Shown piece by piece: positions 51,518-61,141 of a DNA stretch of 64,000 nt (within the stretch, counting starts at the first letter, position 1; the number at the start of each line of letters is the position of its first letter). The notes beneath the pieces were generated by a model. The model worked only from the letters and a program-made list of their open reading frames with translations, did no database searches and was not told where the DNA came from. Position numbers and translations under genes: made by a program. This DNA is from an uncultured archaeon (GTDB lineage: Archaea; Asgardarchaeota; Thorarchaeia; Thorarchaeales; Thorarchaeaceae). The stretch spans positions 1 to 64,000 of the forward strand of contig CAZSWP010000004.1 in the NCBI GenBank assembly GCA_964610875.1, in the 5' to 3' direction.

Positions 51518-52572
51518 TTGAACTAGAAGAAGTACCGGGCGTAGGTCCAGCCGCTGCAAAGAAACTCAAAGGGGTGTTCATCACAACTGCCGAGCTATTA
51601 GCTGTGCAGAACCCAAATGAACTACAGAGTCGGACCAAGTTAGGTGAGGGAACCTGTAAGAAGTTAGTCCGTGCTGCAAGGGACCTCGTTGGTGGATTTG
51701 GTATCATGAGTGGTATTGAGGTTGAACAAGAAATGGCAGCAAAGATCAGGTTGTTGTTTGGTTTGGAGGATCTTGACGAATCTATGTTAGGTGGAATTGA
51801 AGAAGGATCTCTCGTAGAACTATACGGCCCAGCTCGCGGAGGTAAGACACAATGGTGTTATCATCTTGCAGTACGTGCTCAGCTGCCTGTAGAAAGAGGT
51901 GGACTTGATGGTCGTGTAATCTGGTTGGATACGGAATCAAGTTTCAAACCATTGACATTTCGTGCTTGTGCACTCCGGTGGGGTTTAGACCCTGATATTG
52001 CGTTAGAGAACGTTGGTCGGGCGAATGTTATCCTCTCATCACAAATACCTGAGTTGTTCGAACGTATTCCCCAACTTTGTGCGGAAGAAAACTACAAACT
52101 CGTCGTGATTGATTCCTTTACAGGTCTTTTCAGAGCTGAGTATACTGGCCTTAATCAATTAAAAGAACGTCAACAGGAGATGAACGAACTACTCAATCAG
52201 ATGCGTCGACTTGGTACTGCGACTGGCACAATATTCGCATATACAAATCAAGCCACATCTACAATATCCACCTATGGAGGAATTTCTAATGCTCCAGTGG
52301 GGGGCCACATAATCTCACATGCATCAGACTACCGCTTCTACGTGAGAAGAAAGAAAGACGATGAACGTTATATCGAACTTCAGGACAACGCAGGTGTGCC
52401 GGAGTTTAAGAAAACTTGTAGGATAGGATGGGGTGGCTTCTACTCCGATGCGAAGACAAAGAAAAACGAAGAAGCTCGTGTTGTTGATGAATTAAAGAAA
52501 CAGGGCAAGATGAGTGCAGCTGAGGTAATCAAGGAGATGGCTAAAGTTCAAGCTGAGGAGGAGGAGGCATAG
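51514..52572 (+). CDS. radA: RadA/Rad51-family recombinase (divergent paralog)
   Basis: N-terminal HhH 'LEEVPGVGPAAAKKL', Walker A 'GPARGGKT', 'LDTESSF', 'VVIDS', 'FRAEY.G...L.ERQQ', 'GGH..SHAS'. Confidence 0.88.
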   Translation: MIELEEVPGVGPAAAKKLKGVFITTAELLAVQNPNELQSRTKLGEGTCKKLVRAARDLVGGFGIMSGIEVEQEMAAKIRLLFGLEDLDESMLGGIEEGSLVELYGPARGGKTQWCYHLAVRAQLPVERGGLDGRVIWLDTESSFKPLTFRACALRWGLDPDIALENVGRANVILSSQIPELFERIPQLCAEENYKLVVIDSFTGLFRAEYTGLNQLKERQQEMNELLNQMRRLGTATGTIFAYTNQATSTISTYGGISNAPVGGHIISHASDYRFYVRRKKDDERYIELQDNAGVPEFKKTCRIGWGGFYSDAKTKKNEEARVVDELKKQGKMSAAEVIKEMAKVQAEEEEA

Positions 52573-52573
52573 A

Positions 52574-52996
52574 ATGCAGTTTGTTGGGTATGAGTGTTTA
52601 AAATGCAAGAACCGCGGCTGCAAGAAAGAGGGCTCAAATATGAGGTGCAGTCTTTGTGGGACTAATCTTGATTCAGAAAATATCCTATTTCATGCTCCAG
52701 ATGAGAAAACTGCTAGGTCTATGCTAGTAAAGGCGATTGCGAAGTCAACTTCGAAATCACGTGGAAAGATTCAGAGAGGATTGGGGACCAGAAGACGTGT
52801 CCTAAATATTGTTCATTGTCTTGTTGATCTAAGAAGAGGACGTCCTGTTTCTAAATCGAAGATTCTTGAAGAATGTGTGGACGCAGGGATAGACAGTGAG
52901 AAGGCTCTCCATCATCTCTCTCTACTCCTCGATAGTGGTGAAGTTATCCACACATCTGAAGGATATCGCCCTGGTACGATTGAGGAGGTGCTATGA
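52574..52996 (+). CDS. Zn-ribbon + winged-helix protein (DUF1922/DUF5817-like)
   Basis: CxxC..CxxC; C-terminal 'EECVDAGIDSEKALHHLSLLLDSGEVI'. Confidence 0.7.
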   Translation: MQFVGYECLKCKNRGCKKEGSNMRCSLCGTNLDSENILFHAPDEKTARSMLVKAIAKSTSKSRGKIQRGLGTRRRVLNIVHCLVDLRRGRPVSKSKILEECVDAGIDSEKALHHLSLLLDSGEVIHTSEGYRPGTIEEVL

Positions 52997-53590
52997 TTGG
53001 CGACAGTAGAAGTCCCCTATCGCACACCTCACAGGAACCTGATTGGTCTCGCCAACCTGCTGATGAGGAAGGAGAATGCACAACTCACGGTGGTTAACAT
53101 CGGACCAGCTGAACCTAATCCAGAGCTCTTCGTAGTGACAACTATCACTTGGAGGCGTGAGGGGGAAGGACAGATGACCAATCTGCCGCGTCTTCTCTCA
53201 GTACTGGAAACAATGCGTGGCACGAGAGGAGTGCCAAACAAAGTCTACCTCGACACATCCGATGGGGTGAGTCTATACATCCCCACAGAGAAGAAGACCT
53301 CTGACATCCCGACCGAACCAAAAGAGGCTGTCAAATTTCTACGAGATCTGTGTACCAATACTCTCCAATTTGTTGAGGTCACATCAAAGGAAGTGGAGAG
53401 TACATTTTGGAAGATTGCTAGAAAGAAAGGGTTCAGTCCTGAGATAGTCACACGAATGGAAGAATCTGTACAAGGGTTTGATTCTCCTTCAAATATGTAT
53501 CGCTATCGACGACTTATGGAGCGATTCTTCTCAATTCGGTTCCGCGTGCAACGCGCTGAGAGTGTTCTACATCTGGAGGATATTGAATGA
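52997..53590 (+). CDS. Hypothetical protein
   Basis: 197-aa ORF with GGAGGTG RBS, coupled to both neighbours. Confidence 0.7.
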   Translation: MATVEVPYRTPHRNLIGLANLLMRKENAQLTVVNIGPAEPNPELFVVTTITWRREGEGQMTNLPRLLSVLETMRGTRGVPNKVYLDTSDGVSLYIPTEKKTSDIPTEPKEAVKFLRDLCTNTLQFVEVTSKEVESTFWKIARKKGFSPEIVTRMEESVQGFDSPSNMYRYRRLMERFFSIRFRVQRAESVLHLEDIE

Positions 53591-55557
53591 TAGAAACTGT
53601 CGCTATAACTGATTGGTTTCCATACGTCCCTCGTCAGAATCAATTACTTGCAGTCAGATTAGCGACAGAAACATTTGCTACCAAAACCGTTGGAATGCTC
53701 AGTGCTGATTGCGGCGTTGGAAAGACGATCGCTGTACTATCAGGATATCTTCACGCACGATGGGAAGACCCTGATGCTCGATTACTGGTCCTTACCCGTA
53801 CACATTCACAATCGAGAGTCTTTGAGGATGAACTCAGGGTTCTGAGAAAGAATCATCCAACACGCCTGACTAGTGCTACTGCAACAAGCATGGTTTCAAG
53901 AGTCCATGTATGTCCGATTCAGCATCGAATCTCTGCTGAAACCTCCAGTGGTTTCACACGTGGCTGTGCACTGATGATTCGACTAGGGAGGTGCTCTTAC
54001 TACTGGAACTTCTACAGAAAGTCTACAGAGGATGGGAGGCCCCGTTTACGTGATTCATCAATGGAACTTGTGGATGATTTGATTGAGAATGATGTTGTAA
54101 CACGAGATATTGTTGAATCACTCAGTGAATCTGAAGGGCTATGTCCATATGAGGTATTGAGATGGTGTGCTCGTCAGAGTCGTGTTATCATTGGTCCGTA
54201 TTCTTACATATTCAAAGAAAGAGTTAGGAATGCACTATTACACTCTCTTGGACAGAGTCTTCCAGATATCGACTTGCTGGTTGATGAGGCTCATAATCTA
54301 CATGGTCACGTACTGGACTCTGAAACAGCTACTTTAACAGGGAGTGACCTACAGTGGCTTCGAGATAATAAAGATCAGGTCAGAAAAGAGACTGGTCTAG
54401 ATTGGATTAATGATGCAGTTGAGTTCCTGTGGTCAACACTCATAGAACAACTTGACAGAGTGAGTTCAAAAAAGACAGAGATTTCTCTCAATAGATGGGA
54501 TGTAATTCCTCGATTTGTTGAGCAGGATGCTCTTGCACTCCTTATGGAACGTACTAAGATACTTGAGGGTCCTGACTCAGTGATAGGAGAGAGTCCCCTA
54601 GATCGATTAGCTGAATTTCTCTATATAGGTGTTAGAGGACTGGAGAGTGCTGATTGGCACATATCTTTGGAGATGTTACATCGATGGAAAAGTGAGGTAA
54701 GTCCTGTTGATGCAGCTCTCAAGATACGTCCGTTGAACGCTGCAGGTCTGACTGCTCCTGTTCTTCGAGGTGCCCGTTCTTCACTACTCATGTCTGGAAC
54801 TCTTCGACCGACTGAACACTACGCAGACCTACTTGGCATAAAAGGGGCACTCTGTGAAGACATCATGAGTCCTTTCCCCTCAGGCTCCCGTATGATACTA
54901 CTTGACAAAGTACTCTCAACAAAATATACCGAACGTTCAGACTCACTCTGGCAAAGCATTGCAGACAAGATTGAACGTGTACTAACAATAATGCCTGCAG
55001 AGAAAAGTGCTCTCATAGCCTTTCCAAGCTATGAGATGATGAAACAGGTTCTCAGTTTCAATGTAGATTGTGGATATAGGAAACGAATAATTGAAGACCG
55101 AGAGGCACGTATTGAACATCTACAGGCCGCTGTTGAAACTGGACCTTATGCCATATTCATGGTCTATGGTGGAAAATTCAGCGAGGGTATCGACCTTGTC
55201 TTCGATGGAAGTTCATTGATTGATCTGATTATTGGGATTGGCATTCCTTTCAGCCCGCCTACTGGATATCAGAATGCTTTGCAGAATTGGTATGAGGAAC
55301 GATTTTGGGAGGGCGCAGGTTACTATTACAGTTCAGTGGTTCCAGCTGTTCGACAGGTTGTTCAGCTCATAGGACGTCTCCGAAGGTCCCCCACAGACTG
55401 GGGCGTAGTAGTCCTATTAGACCGCAGATTTAGAAAATATGTCAATATGTTTGGTGAAGATGCAATCTCTGATTTGTGGGAGTTTTCAACCACAAGCGAG
55501 TTGGAAGAAGCAATCCATGTTTTTCTAAGATATCGTCAAGGGAGGAATATGCTATGA
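53587..55557 (+). CDS. XPD/Rad3/DinG-family Fe-S 5'-3' helicase
   Basis: 'GVGKT', 'TRTHSQ', 4 Cys ('VCP', 'GCA', 'RCSYY', 'LCPYE'), 'DEAH', 'SGTL', 'SEGID', 'QLIGR..R'. Confidence 0.93.
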   Translation: MIETVAITDWFPYVPRQNQLLAVRLATETFATKTVGMLSADCGVGKTIAVLSGYLHARWEDPDARLLVLTRTHSQSRVFEDELRVLRKNHPTRLTSATATSMVSRVHVCPIQHRISAETSSGFTRGCALMIRLGRCSYYWNFYRKSTEDGRPRLRDSSMELVDDLIENDVVTRDIVESLSESEGLCPYEVLRWCARQSRVIIGPYSYIFKERVRNALLHSLGQSLPDIDLLVDEAHNLHGHVLDSETATLTGSDLQWLRDNKDQVRKETGLDWINDAVEFLWSTLIEQLDRVSSKKTEISLNRWDVIPRFVEQDALALLMERTKILEGPDSVIGESPLDRLAEFLYIGVRGLESADWHISLEMLHRWKSEVSPVDAALKIRPLNAAGLTAPVLRGARSSLLMSGTLRPTEHYADLLGIKGALCEDIMSPFPSGSRMILLDKVLSTKYTERSDSLWQSIADKIERVLTIMPAEKSALIAFPSYEMMKQVLSFNVDCGYRKRIIEDREARIEHLQAAVETGPYAIFMVYGGKFSEGIDLVFDGSSLIDLIIGIGIPFSPPTGYQNALQNWYEERFWEGAGYYYSSVVPAVRQVVQLIGRLRRSPTDWGVVVLLDRRFRKYVNMFGEDAISDLWEFSTTSELEEAIHVFLRYRQGRNML

Positions 55558-55760
55558 GGATAAGATCAACGATTTTACTGAGCTCGTTAGTGCTTTTACT
55601 TTCAATAGCTTTCACTATATTGCCTTATACAATGCTAGTTAGTTCTATGGTCATCACTCTTCTGATATTGAATTGTATTGTGATTTGGAATCTCTTTGGA
55701 TTAGTAACTGGTAGTGATTGCGAACTATCATTTATCGTGTTGAGGGAGGATGTCAAGTGA
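55554..55760 (+). CDS. Small 2-TM membrane protein
   Basis: GGAGG RBS, ATGA overlap, two hydrophobic helices. Confidence 0.65.
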   Translation: MRIRSTILLSSLVLLLSIAFTILPYTMLVSSMVITLLILNCIVIWNLFGLVTGSDCELSFIVLREDVK

Positions 55761-56359
55761 TGAGAATTCCCAAAAGTCTGAAAAATTGGTATATGTTGCT
55801 TGTTGCACTTGTCACCGCATGGAGTCTGCGTAATTTCATCTTTGGTGGAATAGAACCCCTCATTCTTACTGTATTGGGTTACGCTAGCTTGCTCTTTGTT
55901 TTGTCAATAGTACTTAGTAGTAGATGGCGTAGACTATACTGGGATGAAGAGAGGAATCTTCTAACGATTCTTCGGCCATGGGGTAAGGAAATAATTGGAA
56001 TGTGTCTGATTAAGACCGTTCCACAAGGAATTGACCTTAGTCACAATGCAAAACGAGTTTTATCATCCATGGCAGTCAGACTATCAAAGGTCAACAATGC
56101 GGTTGTGGATTTCATTGTCTGTAGGCCTCTAAGAGATGGACCAACAAGAATTGGATTCATGATCACAAGAAAACAGGATGCAATTCAATCACTCAGAAAG
56201 GGGATTGAGAAACTCGTAGACAAAGTGTATGAAGATGTGATGGTTCTAGAGAGTGCAATGCGTGCCGCGTATCCGCACACACCAATTGTCAAAGCTGCAT
56301 TCCAAGATGTCTTATTGGTCAAGTCCGGAGGTGTTGACACTGTCGCTAGATCTGCATGA
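55760..56359 (+). CDS. Membrane protein (2 N-terminal TM + soluble domain)
   Basis: GGAGG RBS; hydrophobic N-terminus. Confidence 0.7.
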   Translation: MRIPKSLKNWYMLLVALVTAWSLRNFIFGGIEPLILTVLGYASLLFVLSIVLSSRWRRLYWDEERNLLTILRPWGKEIIGMCLIKTVPQGIDLSHNAKRVLSSMAVRLSKVNNAVVDFIVCRPLRDGPTRIGFMITRKQDAIQSLRKGIEKLVDKVYEDVMVLESAMRAAYPHTPIVKAAFQDVLLVKSGGVDTVARSA

Positions 56360-56612
56360 TATTGTGAAAATACCACTTCCAAACAATCTGAATGCTGAAG
56401 ATCTTCTTCATCTACTAGAAATTGGGCATGGATATGAATGGAAGACTTGGTGCTTGAAACCACTTCTTGTAAGGCGAGGCATCTCATCTAGACAAGGACT
56501 GCCTCTGACATTTCTTATTGGTAATGAATTGGTAGTCGAAGGAAAGGCCGAGGCGGAGATGCTTCGAAGATTACTGACTATCTTAGACAATCTTCAGGGA
56601 GGTAGGGATTAG
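56334..56612 (+). CDS. Small hypothetical protein
   Basis: GGAGGTG immediately upstream; fills the gap to 56613; start approximate. Confidence 0.55.
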   Translation: MTLSLDLHDIVKIPLPNNLNAEDLLHLLEIGHGYEWKTWCLKPLLVRRGISSRQGLPLTFLIGNELVVEGKAEAEMLRRLLTILDNLQGGRD

Positions 56613-58943
56613 ATGTCAAAGCGTCATATTATGGGAAGTAAGCCTGCACAAGATCCCCTGAGCGAAGTAAAAACTAGTAGTTTCACTATATCAGGAACAA
56701 CCGCCATAAACTGGCAGAACAGGGAGATCCCTCAATCCTGGAATATACCCCTATTGCTTTGCTTGATTTCATTTGTAGGTGTATTCTTCTTTCCAATCAT
56801 TACAATACTTGCTTCGATAATTGCTGGTGTTGTAGCAGTATTACTGTCCAAATCTCCACGAGGAATTGGTCATATTGAGGCAACCATGAAAGAAGTGCCT
56901 GATGCTGACTTATCCTTCATACCTGGCAAGAATTCTGTCAAATGTCATGGTGTGACCAAAATGTATGCTTCCATACTGGATTTAGATGAATTGAATCCTA
57001 GACTACCCAACAATCTAGCCTCATTGATCCGTGCAGTTCCGATGGGAGATGGGTTCTGTCTTACAGTTTCCATGACTTCAGTAAAACCTGGGGTTTTGAG
57101 GACTCCTGATATTGCGGAAGATAATCTCAACGAATACTTCCATATGATATCCAAAAAGGACCTTGAACGCTATATTGACTACTATAACGGCCTTTGGGGT
57201 GTTTCAGTAAGTCATACTCTCTTAGTGTCAGATGAGCATGATATTTCATTTCATCATTCTTCCATCCAAGGCTCAATACCCACCAAATGGTCAAAGACAA
57301 AACAGCGTGGTATCGTAAAGAGATTGGAGAGTTACAGTATTGGTTCAAGAGACCCTGATTTTCTAATTGTTGGTACAGAGGCTTCTGAATGGCTAGTACA
57401 ATTAAAGAGTGAACTCTCATCAGAGGTTGGAATCAGTATTCCTGGTCAATTCGTTTCTCCGATTCGTGAAAGGACAATTGACTATCGGTTGGGAACTGTA
57501 ATCAATCCAGATACTTTACAACTTGGCCCTCCAACAGGAATCACTCATGAAGAATTAGTAAACGGGTTGATTATTGCTGGTGGTGATTGGGAGTTGAGTC
57601 GTCGGAGAGTCCTGATGCTTCTAATCCAGCAATTAATCACTAACAAGAAGAGAGTTGTTCTTCTAAGCTCTCATAAGGAAGCTCTCGAACTCACTGCTCT
57701 CTCGTCTGATGCTGTGGGAATGAGTATCGGGAAAGAACTCGTATTGAATCCAGTCGATCCTGAAAACGTGCCACGAACCGAATATGTGGAACACCTGATT
57801 CGTGCACTTGAAACTTTCACGCAAAACAACCTCTCAGATGCTCCTGACCTTGAGAATGCACTCGGGAGAGCTGTAGCTATTGGGAATGCCACCGTAGCAG
57901 ATGTAAGTTTCACAAATGACGAGTACCTCTCAGCCGAAGAGAAACCTCCCTTTAATGAAGAATATCCAAACAAAGGTTCTCTGACTGGTATGAGTGCAAT
58001 CAGAAGGATGCATCAAGGTGCGGCTTCTCGTGCATTCTATGGTACACAGACAGTGAAGACAAAAACTCTCGTTGGCCACCCATTATCAGTACTAAATCTA
58101 TCAATGGGATCACTTCCATTTGACAAGTTTGCTTGGGACTTGCTCTGCATCAAACTTCTTGGAGAGCCTTCTGACAAGGATGTAGTTGTGATTCTTGATG
58201 ATCCGGAGAATCTAAACACTATGATGAAACGATACGATAAACGAGAACCATGGATGGAACAACTGTTTAGGATGCTTATCAGTAAATTCTCTGTTATCGT
58301 CAGCACATCGCGTCCTTCTACTATACCCAAAGGTGTTCTAAGAACCTTATCTGCTTGTTTGACTATGAGACTGCGTTCTGACAATGAAATAGCTTCTATA
58401 GCAGGTATTCTCGGTCTGGGCGTAATCACCAGCATGCATACAAAAGACCGTTGGTCTCCGAGAGAGGGGAGCTACCTTCGCAGTTTAGAAGACGATGTGG
58501 CACTTCTCGTATGTCAACCAAATGAAACACCTCATCCCGTAAAACTTGATGATGCACCTGTTGTTCTAATACCAAGTGAAGAAGATCTACGAGAACGTCT
58601 CTCATCAGTCACTTCATCACATCATGAATCTGATGGGACTCATAGTCAGGGTCTACTTGGAACCATTGCCAAGAGAGACCCCGATTTGACAAAAGGTGTC
58701 TTACGTTTATTGGAGCGATATGAACCTCTTACTGAAGAATCAATGGGCCGTTTCATCAAAGCATCAGGCAAATTGGATGGAGATATAGAAGGGGTTCTTA
58801 TCCGTTTGAAAGAATCAGGTTTGATTCTTGAAGGTCATGAAACACACAGCGGAGTTTCGTACAAGAACTACCGTTTGACATTGAAGGGAACAATGGCAAT
58901 TAGACAATCAGAGGAGAAAGAAATGGTAGAGGGTGTTGCATGA
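56613..58943 (+). CDS. Membrane-anchored HerA/VirB4/FtsK-superfamily protein with degenerate Walker A and C-terminal wHTH
   Basis: N-terminal TM pair; 'GLIIAGGDWELSRR' where GxxGxGKT is expected; 'VVVILDDPE'; 'IVSTSRPS.IP..VL..L...LTMRL'. Confidence 0.65.
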   Translation: MSKRHIMGSKPAQDPLSEVKTSSFTISGTTAINWQNREIPQSWNIPLLLCLISFVGVFFFPIITILASIIAGVVAVLLSKSPRGIGHIEATMKEVPDADLSFIPGKNSVKCHGVTKMYASILDLDELNPRLPNNLASLIRAVPMGDGFCLTVSMTSVKPGVLRTPDIAEDNLNEYFHMISKKDLERYIDYYNGLWGVSVSHTLLVSDEHDISFHHSSIQGSIPTKWSKTKQRGIVKRLESYSIGSRDPDFLIVGTEASEWLVQLKSELSSEVGISIPGQFVSPIRERTIDYRLGTVINPDTLQLGPPTGITHEELVNGLIIAGGDWELSRRRVLMLLIQQLITNKKRVVLLSSHKEALELTALSSDAVGMSIGKELVLNPVDPENVPRTEYVEHLIRALETFTQNNLSDAPDLENALGRAVAIGNATVADVSFTNDEYLSAEEKPPFNEEYPNKGSLTGMSAIRRMHQGAASRAFYGTQTVKTKTLVGHPLSVLNLSMGSLPFDKFAWDLLCIKLLGEPSDKDVVVILDDPENLNTMMKRYDKREPWMEQLFRMLISKFSVIVSTSRPSTIPKGVLRTLSACLTMRLRSDNEIASIAGILGLGVITSMHTKDRWSPREGSYLRSLEDDVALLVCQPNETPHPVKLDDAPVVLIPSEEDLRERLSSVTSSHHESDGTHSQGLLGTIAKRDPDLTKGVLRLLERYEPLTEESMGRFIKASGKLDGDIEGVLIRLKESGLILEGHETHSGVSYKNYRLTLKGTMAIRQSEEKEMVEGVA

Positions 58944-61141
58944 CTATAGTAAATGATTCTAGGACATATGTTGAAGAGATACTTCAAAGCGTAGGGATAT
59001 CCCCGCGTGGCGTTCAAGTCGAAGCCATGGATGCTGGTGTGTTTGAGGGCAACTCAGTTCTAGTCTGCAGTCCAACAGGGTCTGGCAAAACCCTTGTCGG
59101 TGAGATGGCATTACTAACAGCTGTTACTTCCGGAAAGAAAGGTCTCTATCTTGTGCCTCTTAGAGCATTAGCAAGCCAAGTCTCTCAAATTCTAAAGCAG
59201 CGGTATGAATCAAGAAACATTCGAATCGGGATTTCTACTGGTGATTTTCAATCCGATGGATCAATACTTGGTGATTATGATATCATTGTCACTACCTATG
59301 AACGAACCGACTCGCTTCTTCGTCATAAGACTGAATGGTTGAATGAGATTGGGACTGTTGTTATCGACGAGATTCAAAATCTATCAGATGAACGAAGAGG
59401 TGCTCGACTTGAGAGTGTCATCATACGTCTTCGACACCTGATTGAAGGTCTCCAGATTGTTGCTCTCTCGGCAACAATTGGTGCACCTGATGTGCTTGCT
59501 GAATGGCTGGGATGCGAGCTCGTACACTGGACTGATCGTCCTGTTCCACTGCGAAATATAATTGTCACTACGAAGAACAGAGATGAATCTATAGAAAAGT
59601 ATGTGATGGCCACTGTGCAGAGAAACGGTCAAGCTATCGTCTTTCATAGAACAAGAAAGGAATCTGAAGCCAGTGCAAAACGACTAGCAAAGAATGTCTG
59701 CAAGCAATTAACAACTGAAGAGCAACAGAAAGTGGATCTTGAATTAAAATCAATAGAACACTATCATGTTTCCATGCCTTCAAACTTACGTTCTCTACTA
59801 CATGAAGGTATTGCATTTCATCACGCAGGACTCACTTATTCGGCAAGAAATCTTGTCGAATCACTGTTTCGACGTGGTCTTGTCCGCACCGTATGTGCAA
59901 CTACTACCTTGGCATCAGGGATGGACTTGCCTACAAGGACCGTCATCCTTGCTAATTCAAGATCTCCCTCAGACTATACGCAGCTATTAGCAGCCAATAG
60001 AGTACATCAGATGCTAGGTAGAGCTGGACGTCCTGGAAAGGATAAGAAAGGATTTGGAGTTATACTAGCTGATAGTCGTGGTCAGGCTGATGAAATCGAG
60101 AAGAAGTATTTTCATACTTTCAGGGATGATTCTGAAAAAGTTGTTTTAGAACCGAAATTCGACTCTGTAAAAAGCCGGATGAATGTGGGAACTTCTCTCA
60201 CCGAGCAATTACTTGTATTTGTCGATCTTTTAGGTGAAGCTTCACTGAAAGATGTTGAAGATGTCTTCTTAGCAGCTTCGCTGCACTTTCATCTTGGAAT
60301 TCGCGATACAAGAGCACCGATGCGCTTGTTGAATCTGGATGCAATTACTGTTGAAACGGCATTGGAATGTCATGCTATCAATGACACAATGCGTGCTGTA
60401 AGAAGTGGAGTCTTAGGTAATGTACAACTACGTGAAACCACTGACCGTGTCATTGGTGGTATTGTCACAGAACGAGGAGGGCAGAGGACGGTGTGTCGTT
60501 TCTCAGCGCGGTCCAGAAAGAGTGGCGTAAAAGATGGTCCAATGTGTTCATGTGGGAGACCCATAAATGAGGATGGAATCCTCTGCACGCATCTAGTTGC
60601 TCTTGGTGCAGTGGCAGCAAAAGAACAGCCGCAGCTTGCCAACTATGTTATTCCAATTGCTCTTGGAGAAACTAGTCCTTTCAAAACACTTGTTAGAATG
60701 GGGCTATTGGAAGGTACCACTGAGGATCGGGTCAGATCCACTAGACTTGGAATGTTAGTCAATCGTCTCTATCTATCTATTGATACTGTTCGTGAGATGT
60801 TAGCTGTTCTTCCATTTGTGGAAGATACAGAATCACTCCTGAGTCTTATAAAGCACCTCACAATGATAGAGAGTCAACGTTCAATGGAAGAGTGTTTTGA
60901 GCACATCATCGGTCTAGCCATAACTACTGACCTGGATTTTGAGGAACTAGCAGTGCAAACAGGCGTATCTGTTGGCGATTTGTATGGTCTGCTTGATACT
61001 GTGAGATGGCTTGGCTATTCAATAATGATCATAGCAGAACAAGCAAATTTGATTGAGGTGGCAGATATGGCTCGCCACCTTCACAATGGAATTGATTCCA
61101 GATTTAAAGAAATGGATGGTGAATCAGATGGCAACTACTGA
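58940..61141 (+). CDS. Ski2/Hel308-like SF2 helicase with SWIM zinc finger
   Basis: 'SPTGSGKT', 'PLRALA', 'DEIQ', 'LSAT', 'FHHAGL', 'QMLGRAGRP'; 'CSC..LCTH'. Confidence 0.9.
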   Translation: MTIVNDSRTYVEEILQSVGISPRGVQVEAMDAGVFEGNSVLVCSPTGSGKTLVGEMALLTAVTSGKKGLYLVPLRALASQVSQILKQRYESRNIRIGISTGDFQSDGSILGDYDIIVTTYERTDSLLRHKTEWLNEIGTVVIDEIQNLSDERRGARLESVIIRLRHLIEGLQIVALSATIGAPDVLAEWLGCELVHWTDRPVPLRNIIVTTKNRDESIEKYVMATVQRNGQAIVFHRTRKESEASAKRLAKNVCKQLTTEEQQKVDLELKSIEHYHVSMPSNLRSLLHEGIAFHHAGLTYSARNLVESLFRRGLVRTVCATTTLASGMDLPTRTVILANSRSPSDYTQLLAANRVHQMLGRAGRPGKDKKGFGVILADSRGQADEIEKKYFHTFRDDSEKVVLEPKFDSVKSRMNVGTSLTEQLLVFVDLLGEASLKDVEDVFLAASLHFHLGIRDTRAPMRLLNLDAITVETALECHAINDTMRAVRSGVLGNVQLRETTDRVIGGIVTERGGQRTVCRFSARSRKSGVKDGPMCSCGRPINEDGILCTHLVALGAVAAKEQPQLANYVIPIALGETSPFKTLVRMGLLEGTTEDRVRSTRLGMLVNRLYLSIDTVREMLAVLPFVEDTESLLSLIKHLTMIESQRSMEECFEHIIGLAITTDLDFEELAVQTGVSVGDLYGLLDTVRWLGYSIMIIAEQANLIEVADMARHLHNGIDSRFKEMDGESDGNY

